A stretch of DNA of 63,959 nucleotides, the filler included, from Nemertoderma westbladi (taxonomy: Eukaryota > Animalia > Xenacoelomorpha): NCBI GenBank assembly GCA_032718475.1. It is 3 parts of 3 records of this genome, joined end to end, with 100 filler letters (N's around TTAATTAATTAA, not from the genome) between each part and the next. Parts side by side here need not be neighbours in the genome. Positions count along the whole stretch, not along the records: positions 21,152 to 44,773 come from JAUCBJ010001233.1; positions 44,874 to 63,959 come from JAUCBJ010002078.1; 1 more part is not named here. The stretch is one strand, 5' to 3'. Positions 35,876 to 47,800 of the stretch are shown here, in pieces. Under the pieces are notes generated by a model. The model saw nothing but the letters and a program-made list of their open reading frames with translations. It ran no database searches and was not told where the DNA came from. Numbering within the stretch: the stretch's first letter is position 1; each line of letters starts with the position of its first letter. The translations under genes and the position numbers were made by a program.

Positions 35876-37624
35876 ATCGTGTAAATCGATAGGATGGCTA
35901 TATGAGTTTATCGATATTATAATTAATTATAATTTAGGCTAGCGGTCGTTGCTGCCTACCCCTCAATGCCCCCGGACAGCGCAAGCTCCTCAGCGCTGAT
36001 GTACTGTCGCCGCTGTGTCTATCGCCAACATAGTAGCTACACAACGACAACAACAACCAGCGCGAGTCACTCCACTGTCCGTCCCAAGGGCTTAGATTTA
36101 CTTCAGGTTCTTACTGCAGAGGTAGGGCTACTTTCACAACTGCGACTCGCTACTGTAAACACACTTTAGTAGTAACATTCACCTATAAACGCACAAATTC
36201 CACACAACTGTCACAAATTGTACACATTCGGGCCATTTGTCCATTAGTCAAGTGCCTTCCAGAATGCCACGTTATTATTATGTATCCCTGGATACTAGCA
36301 GTGCGCTATTTATTCCGTATGCTATTCAATGGGGCAAGCTTTTTATTGTTCTTTTAACTCACTTCTAATTCTAGCGTGGTTGTTGCCATGGTGACATTAT
36401 GGAAAGCTAGCAGTAGAATTAGGGTAATTCTCATGCATACAGATCTGGGATGCTATTTAATAGTAATTCTTTAATTGTCAATACTCCCCCTCACACACGA
36501 TTTTATGAATTTTATCGGCTATTGACCACACACCGGAGACTCTCGCACACTAATACACTTAATAGGGTGAATCTCCGCTCCCATGATCTATTAATTAATG
36601 GAATTTTGGGAATATTATAAATCGTACAAAATAACAATCCATCAAATTCATGAGAAGATATGAATTTAAATTTATTCCCGTAAATTTTATTATTTAATAT
36701 TAAATAGGCACAATTTTATTCCAGAGCATGTCTGGGGACTGGGATCCTTGATTCTAGGAAATTTGTCCTTTTAAGAGTATCGGTAAGTACTACGATATCT
36801 TAATCGACTAGAATTTTTAAAGGATCTAAATTTTAACAGATTTTGATTTATATATTTTCTTGGTTTACAAACTCCTTAGAGTTTATTTGTATGCATTTAC
36901 TCTATTATAACATTTGTTTTAATAGATTTTTATAAATATTAACTATGTAATATTTAAGATGGGCACCAATTTATTCCAGAACATGTCTGGGGACGGTAAC
37001 CATTGATTCTAGAATTTTGTCTTTCAAGTATATCGGTGGGTGCCGCAATATCTTAATCGACTAGAATTACAGATCGTCAAAGGGTTTAACAGATTTATTT
37101 TGCGTTGTATGCTACTGTTAAAGGGACATCACACTACTATATGTATTATTTAATATACGGTATGAGAGCAATATTGCAAGAAGCAATGTCAGTGAGAAGA
37201 GGCAAGTCGTTTCCAAGGTCTACCCAGAGCTTGGTTTAGCCGAGACACGAGGATCTGAACTTTTTGCATTCCTAATACTCTACTTACCAATAATACTTGA
37301 GTATAGTAGGAGCTTTATTGTACTTTAATAAGTACGGATATTTCATCTTACTGTAGTCACGCATTTATAATATGATACGGACAGTAAGGAAAGAGAATAA
37401 AGAGTTATTTCTCGCCGTTCCACTAAATATATAATATAAGTAATTAAGTAATAAACACGAGTATATATTGCACTAATCTACTAAATAATCGCTAAAATAA
37501 CATTCTACTAAATAAAATTAAAGAAAACAATTATTATAAAATTACATAATAATACATACCTAAATATAAAAATAATAAAAAACGAATATAAAATAATATG
37601 GTCACACACCCACTCCAGACACTG

Positions 37625-40600
37625 TTACGTTGGGGAGTCCCTAGATGTTTGTTGGATTAGGGAGGTGGTCGTGGGAAGAGTATCTTGCCTTCCATAGTTT
37701 CCGGACAGTTCTCTGTCTCTTTCCAGTAAACATAAACGACCAACTGGGTGATTGAGCTGCTGTGTTTCGAACACAATTCCAGGTTTCTTAAAGTTACGTC
37801 GCATGACGACGAGTTCTACCGATCGCACTAAACCATCATCGGAGATATAAGTCTCGATGATACGACCTGTCTGCCACCGCTTCGTGGAAGATCTGATTCC
37901 ACAATAAGGACCATGTCTCCGGCGCTGACGTTTTCTTGCTGCGCAAACCACTTGGTTCGAAGTTGTAGCGTAGGCAGATAATGTTTTTCGAAATGGTCAG
38001 CGAAACGATGGGATAATAACTGCATAAGTTGCCAAGTTTGTCGGCAGTATTCGTCTCTGTCCGTGATTTCCGAACGTGGGAGCATGGCTACAGGTTTCTT
38101 CAGTAGGAAGTGCGCGGGTGTTAGCGCTTCCAGGGAGTCGGGACTCGATGAGACTGGCATAAGCGGTCTCTCGTTGAAATAGGCGGCGATTTCTTCCATT
38201 AACGACCGCAAAAGTTCGTCGGTGAGATACGCGTGGCACGGCACTATAAAGTAAAATGTGGTCTTCACGCTTCTTATTAATCTCTCCCAACTTCCTTCCC
38301 ACCAAGGGGCATCGGCGGCGTTGAAGGTCCAGCTAGATGCTGTTACCCTTAGCTGATCGTCCACCTGTCTTTGGTTCCAATCTCTAACGTAAGCCTTGAT
38401 CTCATTATTGGCGCCAATGAAGTTCGTTCCCTTATCAGATCTCATCGTGTTGCTAGTTCCAAAGCGAGCGATCTGTCGGCGTAAACTCAGTATGAAGCTG
38501 TTGGTAGATAGATCGTTCACCATATCTAGATGGATCGCTCTACAAGTCATACAGACAAAGATGACACACCATCGCTTGACTATAGTCCTAGCACGATATA
38601 CTTCAATAGGGCCAAATAAATCCATACCGGTATTAGTAAAGGGTGGTTCATAGAAGCTAATTCGTTCCCTAGGTAATTCTGCCTCTCGCTGTGTTAAAGG
38701 CCTACTGAATGCTTTCCTACAGGGTATATAGTTCCTAAGAACTTGGTTCAGAGCTCTACGGGGTTTATGAAAATAATAGCGAGTTCGAATTTCGCTAAGA
38801 ACTCGTTCTCTACCAGCATGGTAAAGCTTACTGTGAACATCTACAATCATCTTGATTTGTATTTCAAGATTTCTAATGAGTATGGGAAACTTAGTGTCAA
38901 AGGATAATGGAGCATTAGTTAGTCTCCCTCCAACACGTATTAACCCATCTATCATTGTGCTAGAGAAATGATCCCTTAAGCGCATCTGTGGATTTCTCAA
39001 CAACAGGAAATACTTATCGGAATCTTCATAGCATTGCAGGAGTTTCAGTATCTGCTTATTGGTTTCTTCATGCTTCTGGTAACTGATCTTCTCCGTCAGA
39101 AACCTATCTGATATTTTATATTTGGGAAGATCTTTAATAGCATGGACCTGCGCAGATGTCAGTGGAGCGGTATCACTAGCGATCTTCGTCCTGGAGTAGT
39201 GATGATGAAAGCATCGCTTTAAATACATGACGGCCTTACAAAGCCGATTCCAGGAGCTATAGTGATTTATCGCTCTCTGCAGGAGAGGTGATATTCCCTG
39301 CGAGACGTCTGGTGTTCCAGATTTCCAGTCTCTCTCTCTGATTTCCACAACAGACTTATTTGTGGCGGGGGAGTTTAGATCCACAGCGTCGTCCCCGGAA
39401 ATGTGTAGTACAGACAGATCTATCACGGGTTTAAATAACTTTGATTTACTCTTCCGGGTTTTAGGTTTGACTTTCTCCGCTCCCTTGGCTTGTCTAATCT
39501 CAGCCGTGGTAAGATGAGGAGGCCATTCATCTTCTTCTTTACTTAGGAAGTCGGGTCCACCTAACCAGTCCGGAGTATCTATCAGTTCTTGAGGAGTTGC
39601 TCCTCTGGAGGCGATGTCGGCTGGATTAATCATCCCAGGGCAATGTCTCCATTGATCTACACTAGTGCGACTAAGTATAATGGCTACTCTGTTGGTAACG
39701 AAGACGCTGAACTGACAGACTTCATTGGTTATATACTCCAAAACGAGTAAAGCATCAGTCCAATAGACAGTTTTCTCCAGTTGATAGTCGATCTGTTCTG
39801 TGACATTCCGGCCGATGGCTGTAGCATATAGAGCTGCCTTTAACTCCGCTCGAGGAACTCGTAGCTTGTTGTTTATCAAGGCCTTAGAGGTAACCAAGGC
39901 AACTTTAATTCCATCCGGAGTTTCAACTCTCAGGTAGGCTACTATACCTATTCCCATATCGCTGGCATCTACAAACACGTGGAGTTGATAGGAATACGTG
40001 GGGAGAACGTGACCAAAATATGAACGGGAAATTGTAAAGTTCTCGATGGATGGTAGAGAATCTTCCCATTTCATCCACTTCTTTAGTAGTTCTCCCTTAA
40101 GTGGATCGTCCCACGAGTGGTTTTCAAGCCACATTTGTTGAACTAAACTCCGAGCAACCAATATAACTGGGCTAATAAATCCCAATGGATCGAAATAAGT
40201 GCCCAGGATACTTAGACAAATCCATTTAGTTCGAACTGGATTATCTCGCTGTTTTAACTGGAAAAACAGGATGTCTCTCTCCGTGTCCCATTTCAAACCA
40301 AGCGTCTTGGTTTCTGGAAGATCGTCCTTGATTAGGTCCAGGTCTTTAACTCCTCGGTCTTCTACCGGGATCGATTCCAGAAACTCACGGGAGTTACTTG
40401 TGAATTTAGTTAGTCGACATCCACCTCGTTTCAAGCACTCTACCATTCCCTTGGCAACATCAATGGCTTCTTCCACCGATGGGAGGGACTTTAAATTATC
40501 GTCCATGTATATATCCCGTTTGATGTTGTCGATAACCGCTTTAGAGAAGGCGTCTCGGTTGTCATCAGCAGTGGTGCGCACTACTGAACAGGCGTTCGAG

Positions 40601-41079
40601 GGGCTCGAGATGATCCCGAAAGCCTGGATGGTCATCCAGTACTCCACCGGTTTTTGATTGAGGTCTCCTTCAGGCCAACACAGAAATCGTAGGCTGTCTC
40701 GATCCCTATCCAGCGCCTTAACTTGTAAGAACATGCCTTCTATATCCGAGGCGAAGGCGATCGAATATTGCCGTAATCTTAAGAGTATTCCCAACAAGGA
40801 TTGGAGTAAGTTGGGTCCCGGCAACAACTCAGAGTTAAGGGATTGGCCCATGTAAAGGGCGGAGCCGTCAAATACTACCCGAACTTCGTTGGGTTTACCG
40901 GGTTTGGGAACGTAATGATGTGTTAGATAATACGTTCTCTCAGTTATGGGTGTTTCTTCCGGTACTCGCTCCGCATATCCCTTATCGATGAATTTCTTCA
41001 GCTGGGTCTTGTACATCTCTTTAGCTGAAGCATTTGCCGTAAGGCGCTGATGTAGTTGCGCGATTCTCTTCTCCGCCAA
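37625..41079 (-). CDS. BEL pol: RT, Pao RNase H (peptidase A17-like) and integrase; C-terminal frameshift near 37870
   Basis: VRVVFDGS, ASDIEGMFLQ, IYMDD, LHVFVDAS, PRAELKAA, TGMDLFGP, SDKGTNF, WERLIRSVK. Confidence 0.93.
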
Positions 41080-41082
41080 AGG

Positions 41083-42850
41083 TCAGTTATTTATAAAGTT
41101 GGGTTCTCGCCTTCGGAATGGCAGACCAATCTCATACCTCCCTTGATCTCTAAGGAAACATGTAGTCGTTTCCTGGATCTGCTTGGCTCTTTCCTCCTCG
41201 ACCGATAGTGCTTTGTCGTAGGAATTAGGCTCTACAGCTTCTTGAGTAAAGAATCGTACGGCGTGTTTGTCACGAATCTTAGCGTTGTGTCGAACTATCA
41301 CCTCATTTAGCTCGTCGTTGTAGTCGAGTTGTCCGCCATGATGGATGAGATGGCAAAGGTGCACTTGGTTTCTCCAAGCTTCACTTTCAGTGAGGAGGTC
41401 GATTGTATTTTCCTCGTCAAACAATTGGGTAATATCGTCATTATCTGAGGAGTATGGTGTTCCCTCAGGTGTGATTTCTCCCTCACTGATTTCTTCTTCC
41501 CATTCACTCACCTGATGTATTTGTTCAGTGGGTAATCTTTCCATGAGCGTTCTACGGGAAGGTCCAGTGAAGTACCAACCTACTCTAGTTCTTCCCGCAT
41601 AGGTTTGCAATGGTTGCGGTCGAGCAGGTCGTTTCTCTAATGTCTCAAGCGCCTCATGCGCATTTTGGCCGATCAATATTTGCACCCCTGGGTAGTCGGT
41701 ATTGAATCTAGGGATATTATGTTGCTGGGTAAAATCGTCCTCATCCCAGTTGTAAGGTTCTACTTGGCTGGTAGCAAAGTTCTTTATCGCCACCATTTTT
41801 ACTGACCTTATGCTGTGTTCTCCTAGTTCGTCTTGGGGAGTGGACAACGCACCTACATAGTAGTCTGTAGCTACTGTAGATTTCCAAACCTGCATAATTC
41901 CTGAAAGGTTCAACTTAGTTTGGAACTTGGGTTGTCCAGCAAAGATGTCTTCGGCTAGTTCTTTGTCGATGAATGTTCCTGTGCTGCCGGAGTCCAGGAG
42001 GGCGTTGACTATAAAACTCTTACCTAATCCGTGGACTCTTAGCTGAACTACGGGGAATTCCCGGATTCCGACGTTGGAAGTTGGCGCTTTCCAAGATGGT
42101 TGTCTGTCAGGAATAACCGGGTGCGCTTCGTTATCGGTTTCAGTCTCATACGTAAGCGCTCGATACACCGTGGTGTTTATCAGATAACAGGATTCGTTTT
42201 CGTCGGAGAATTCGTCCGTGTAAAATTCTTCCATCTCAGAGCTGTGGTCAGTGTCATTCACATCACTGAATTGGACATGTAGTTCGGACTCACTTACCTG
42301 ACTCGGGCTGTTTCTTTCAAATTCGGTGTGCAGCAAGATATGATGTTTCACGCCGCACTTAGCACACCTCGCGTCGGAGTGACAGGTTCGCCGTTGGTGT
42401 CCTTGTCTGAGACAATTATAACACAACCGCTTATCCCACATGACTTCGCGTCTATCCTTTAAGGATTTCTTTAAGAATTCATCACACACACTTAAACGAT
42501 GGGGCCCGTCGCACAATGCACATTTTGGTTTGATGTTACTTACTTTACCTTGGGTAGTGTTGTGCACCCTCGTTCTTTCCTCGGGCTTTCTTCCATGAAT
42601 TCTCTTAGGAGACGTAGGAGGAGTTTTTGTTACCTGTTCTCTCCTGTCACTGGTTTGAGACTTAAATTTACTTACGTCTTTAGGTGCTTTGTTGACATAG
42701 TAAGATCTTTCGGTGTCTTTTCCGCTGTTCTCCTCTTGAGAGGTTTGGCCTTCGCCGTCGTCTGTATAACACACTGGTGTTACCTTTCTCCTAGAAACGG
42801 GTTTTTCACTCACCTTATTTTCCGGTGTCTTCTCTCGGGACTGCTTTAAG
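41083..42850 (-). pseudogene. BEL gag zinc knuckles and aspartic protease (copy 2); premature TGA before RT
   Basis: CALCDGPHRLSVC, CYNCLRQGHQRRTC, CAKCGVKHHILLH, ALLDSGS. FINN*PLAEK here versus FINNRPLAEK in copy 3. Confidence 0.9.
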
Positions 42851-42932
42851 GAGCTGTAATTTTACCTCTCCATTTAAGAATGACATGAGATCAGCCATGG
42901 TAGGGTCTCTTTGTTGTTGTTCCATCATATAT

Positions 42933-43412
42933 TACTACTACTACTACTAGGATCGGCATGCTGCATTGCAGCTGCATTTTTAAGAATGCTGTGCCGGCTT
43001 GTCAACAAAATTGCACCGCCACAACTCCCTATCACCCATGACATTTGCTAGATCATCCGCATCTTTAAGGCCAGTGTCCTTTAAGATGCGTCTCAAGAAA
43101 GTCATGGGCTGTCCACCATGCTTATTCACTCCATGAGGCTGCCAAAGTACAAGATTATGCACTGGCTGGTCCTCACGGCGAAAGCAATGTCCTGCAAAGC
43201 GGAGGCGAATTTGTTCTAGTGTCAAGCTTGGGGGAACCAATGAGACACCTCCAATGTTATATAGTGTCTGGTTGGAGATGTATGCATTGTACTTGACACA
43301 ATGAACCCGGCGTAGCATTCTTGTGAATGTGCCATCCAGAGATTTGGTGTCCTCAGCAGTTAGAGCCCAGCATGGACTCCCGTAGAGGAGTACTGGAACT
43401 ACTGCTGCTCTA
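42933..43412 (-). mobile_element. 5'-truncated RTE LINE inserted in BEL gag
   Basis: VVPVLLYGSPCW..RMLRRV..RLRFAGHCFR is an RTE RT C-terminus; (TAG)n tail; 11-bp TSD CCATCATATAT at 42922-42932 and 43413-43423. Confidence 0.92.
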
Positions 43413-44773
43413 CCATCATATATAGAACTCTTTTGTCCCAATGAGTACCCACTCCACCTAGCTCAGATGCTACAGCTCCAATAACCATAGAACTCTGATA
43501 TTCATGAGACTTACCTAGCCAATCTAATTGCCTACAGATCTCCTGGATCTCATCAGAAAATTCTATAATCCCGCAGCTAAGAAACTTTCGGGGCGCTACC
43601 AATTTCGCATACAAATACCTAGCTATGTTAGTCCTATTACCATACCTGATGTTTAGTGTATCCCAAACTTGTCTTAATCCATCTGGATGTCCAATAAACT
43701 TTAACGCCATTAACTTGGGAGATCCTTCCAAGCACTCGATGAGGAATCTAAGTTTCTCTCCGTTAGATAGCACAGAGTTCTGTATGTTATCTTTATAATA
43801 TTCATTAAAAGGTAACCATTTCATCTCATCTCCGTTGAACTTGACGATCTCTCCCACTTTTACCGCTTGACGGGCTTCGGTTCTAGCCATTTGACGCGTA
43901 AAACTTTCTTGGGCCATCGTATTATTTAATATCGAGTTATCGGTATATAAATTTCTCGGATTATGATCAGGTCTATATGGAATATCATTATCAACAGGTT
44001 TGTAATTACCCTTAATAGGGTTTACTATAGGAGTTTCTACTTCACTAGCAGTATAGATGCATGTAGGCTCCACACCTTGCGCATGAAATACTTCAGACCT
44101 AACAGGTTGACACATTGTTACAGGGGGTGGTGGTATACCCCTTTGTATATTTACTAGTTTATCGCGTTCTAAAGCGATACTCTGCTGCACTTCTTGCAGT
44201 TCTAACCTACCCTCTCTTAATGTTCCCTTTAACTGCTGCACAGTCCCTTCCATTTCTTGGAACTGCTGGGAGGAACGTAATCGATTTTCCTCCAATTGTC
44301 CGAGCAGGAGATCCATTCCCCGCCATTGCTCATCCACCCCCTCAACCGCCGAAGCGGGAGCCGCCAACATAGTAGCAGGTAGACGAGGGACGACGGGCGA
44401 TAAATCATTGATCTTTCGCTCGGCGTCCAGGACTGGGACAGGACTTCAGGGGCCATTCTACTGGGCATAGGTAGTTTAGTACTGTGCAAAGGGAATTTAG
44501 AGTTAGGTTCTGGAAGTACAGGGGGTCTCTATCACAGAGGGAGTGGCTTCGAGAACAGGCCTAATTATTTCAGGCTCATCTACTATAGTAGGGAGTCTTT
44601 CTACTCTAATAATTTGGTCTGTGGGTTCTGTACTACCTAAGTCTACATTAACTAGTTGCCTTCTCACAGCTGGGGGCAAATTAGGCAATTTCTGATGGTG
44701 GGGCGTTCTTCTACGTCTGCTGGAACGAGATCTATTTCCTCCACCTTCAGGATCTGTTGTATCGCCTTCATCA
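43413..44773 (-). pseudogene. BEL gag central region (DUF1759-like), frameshifted
   Basis: KFNGDEMKWLPF..EKLRFLIECLEG..LNIRYG; collinear with the copy 3 ORF. Confidence 0.85.
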
Positions 44774-44873
44774 NNNNNNNNNNNNNNNNNNNNNNNNNNN
44801 NNNNNNNNNNNNNNNNNTTAATTAATTAANNNNNNNNNNNNNNNNNNNNNNNNNNNNNNNNNNNNNNNNNNNN
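44774..44873. other. Assembly gap with TTAATTAATTAA spacer
   Basis: N runs. Confidence 0.97.
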
Positions 44874-44890
44874 AAAATATGAACGGGAAA

Positions 44891-47800
44891 TTATAAAATC
44901 CTCGATCGCTGGCAGGCTTCCCATTTCATCCACTTCTTTAATAATTCTCCCTTAAGTGGATCGTCCCATGAGTGGTTTTCAAGCCACATTTGTTGTACCA
45001 AACTTCGAGCAATCAATATAACTGGGCTAATAAATCCCAATGGATCGAAATAAGTGCTCAGTATACTTAAGCAAATCCGTTTGGTTCGAACAGGATTATC
45101 TTGCTGTTTTAGTTGGAAAAACAGGATATCTCTCTCTGTGTCCCATTTCAAGCCGAGTGTCTTGGTTTCTGGCAGATCATCTTTGATCAAATCGAGATCT
45201 TTCGCCCCTCGATCTTCCGCAGGGATCGACTCCAGAAACTCACGGGAGTTGCTGGTGAATTTGGTTAATCGAAATCCACCTCTTTTTAAGCACTCTACCG
45301 TTCCCTTAGCGACCTCAATGGCTTCCTCAACTGATGGGAGGGACTTCAGATTGTCGTCCATATATATGTCTCTCTTGATGTTGTCGATCACTTCCTTAGA
45401 GAAGGCCTCTCTGTTGTCCTCTGCAGTAGTACGCACTACCGAACAGGCGTTGGAAGGGCTTGAGATTATCCCAAAGGCCTGGATGGTCATCCAGTACTCC
45501 ACCGGTTTCTGGTTGAGGTCTCCTTCGGGCCACCATAGAAATCGTAGGCTATCTCGATCCCTATCCAACACATTGATTTGCAAGAACATGCCTTCTATAT
45601 CGGAGGCGAAAGCAATCGAATATTGTCTCAATCTTAAAAGAATTCCCAACAAAGATTGAAGCAAGTTGGGTCCGGGTAACAATTCAGAGTTAAGGGATTG
45701 ACCCATGTAAAGAGCGGAGCCATCAAACACTACTCTCACTTCATTTGGTTTACCGGGTTTAGGAACGTAATGGTGAGTTAAATAATACGTTCTTTCAGTC
45801 ACAGGTGTTTCTTCCGGTACCCTCTCCGCGTATCCCTTATTAATAAATTTTTCCAGCTGCGTTTGATACATTGCTTTCGCTGAAGAATTAGCCGTAAGGC
45901 GTCGATGGAGTTGCGCGATTCTTTTTTCCGCCAGGGGTCTATTATTGATGAACTTCGGTTCTCTCTTGCGAAAAGGTAAACCGACTTCGTATCTTCCTTG
46001 ATCTTTGAGGAAACGCGTAGTTGTCTCTTGGATCTGCTTGGCCCTTTCCTCTTCCACTGACAAAGCTTTATCGTAGGAATTGGGCTCTACCGCCTCTTGC
46101 GTAAAGAATCGTACAGCATGTTCATCTCGAGTCTTGGCATTACAACGCTCAATGACGTCATTTAACTCGTCGTTATAAGCTTCTCGTTCAGAGGGATAGA
46201 GAAGTTGACATAAGTTAACTTGGTTTTGCCAAGCCTCGTTTTCCTTAAGGAGATCGATGGTATTCTCCTCATCAAAAAGCTGGTGAACATCGTCGTTATC
46301 TGAGGAGTATGGAATTCCCTCAGTTGAATCGTCTCCCTCACTAGCATCATCTTCCCATTCACTCACCTGGCAGACTCTCTCTTGCGGTAGTCTTTCTCTG
46401 AGTGTTCTACGGGAAGGGCCAGTAAAGTACCAACCTACTCTAGTTCTTACCGCATAGGTCTGTAGGGGCTGCGGTTGAGCAGGCCGTTTCTCTAATGTCT
46501 CCAGCGCCTCACGCGCGTTTTGGCCGATGAGTATTTGCACTCCAGGATAATCAGTCTGGAATCGAGGTATGTTAAGATGTTGGATGCTCTCATCCTCGTC
46601 CCAATCATAAAGGTCTGCTTGAGTAGTAGCGAAGTTCTTTATAGCCACCATTTTCACTGACCTTATGCTGTGTTCTCCTAATTCGTCCTGGGGGGTGGAC
46701 AACGCTCCGACATAATAATCAGCTGTTATTGTAGATTTCCAAACTTGCATAATGCCTGACATGTTGAGCTTAGTTTGGAACTTGGGTTGTCCAGCAAATA
46801 TATTTTCGGCTAGCTCTTTATCGATGAATGTTCCTGTGCTGCCGGAGTCCAGGAGGGCGTTCACTATATAACTCCGTTTAGGTCCGTGCACCCTTACCTG
46901 CACCACAGGAAACTCTCGGATCCCTACATTGGAAGATGGCTCTTTCCAAGATGGTTGTCGTTCAGAAGTAGTTAGAGTAAAGTCGTTCTCTGTATCTTTT
47001 TCATATGTGAGTGCTCGATACACTGCGGTATTTATCATGTAACAGGATTCGTTTTCGTCGGAGAACTCGTCTGTATAGAATCCTTCCATCTCAGATTGAT
47101 CAGTGTCGTTCACATCACTGAATTGGACATGTAGCTCGGAATCACTTACCTGATTCGGACTATTTCGATCGAATTCAGCGTGCAACAAGGTATGATGTTT
47201 CGCACCACACTTTGCACACCTTATGTCAGAGAAACAGGTTCGTCGTTGGTGTCCTTGTCTGAGGCAATTATAACATAACCGCTTATCCCACATGACTTCG
47301 CGTCTCTCTGTTAATGATTTCTTTAGAAATTCATCACACCTATTCAAATGGTGGGTCCCGTCGCACAGCGCACATTTTGGTTTGATGTTACTTACCTTGT
47401 TTTGAGTCACATTGTGTACACTTGCCCTTTCTTCGGGTTTTCTCACCTGAATTCTCTTGGGAGACGTGGGAGGAGTTTTTCTTACCTGTTCCCTCCTGTC
47501 ATTTGTTCGAGACTTAAATTTACTTACCTGATCTTTAGGCATTTTATTCACGTAATAAGATCTATCCGTGTCCTTCCCGCTATCTTCTCCTTGAGAAGTC
47601 TGGCTTTCGCCGTCATCGGTATAACATACTGGTGTTACCTTTCTCCTAGATACGGGTTTTTCACCTACCTTGTTTTCCGGTGTTTTCTCTCTGGACTGCT
47701 TGAGGAGTTGTAATTTCACTTCTCCATCTAGGAATGACATGAGATCAGCCATGGTAGGGTCTCGCCGTTGTTGTTCCATCATATATAACACTTTCTTATC

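Larger units (their letters stand above)
33358..44773 (-). mobile_element. BEL/Pao LTR retrotransposon copy 2 (gag-pol, 3-kb 3' region, 3' LTR); 5' end lost at the gap
   Basis: Domain order gag-PR-RT-RNaseH-IN; 3' LTR at 33358-34503; short purine tract GAGAGCGG before the LTR. Confidence 0.92.

Noticed and set aside
41080-41085. Programmed stop-codon readthrough between gag-pro and pol
   Set aside because: Copy 3 has Arg (AGA) at this position, so the TGA is a simple nonsense mutation.
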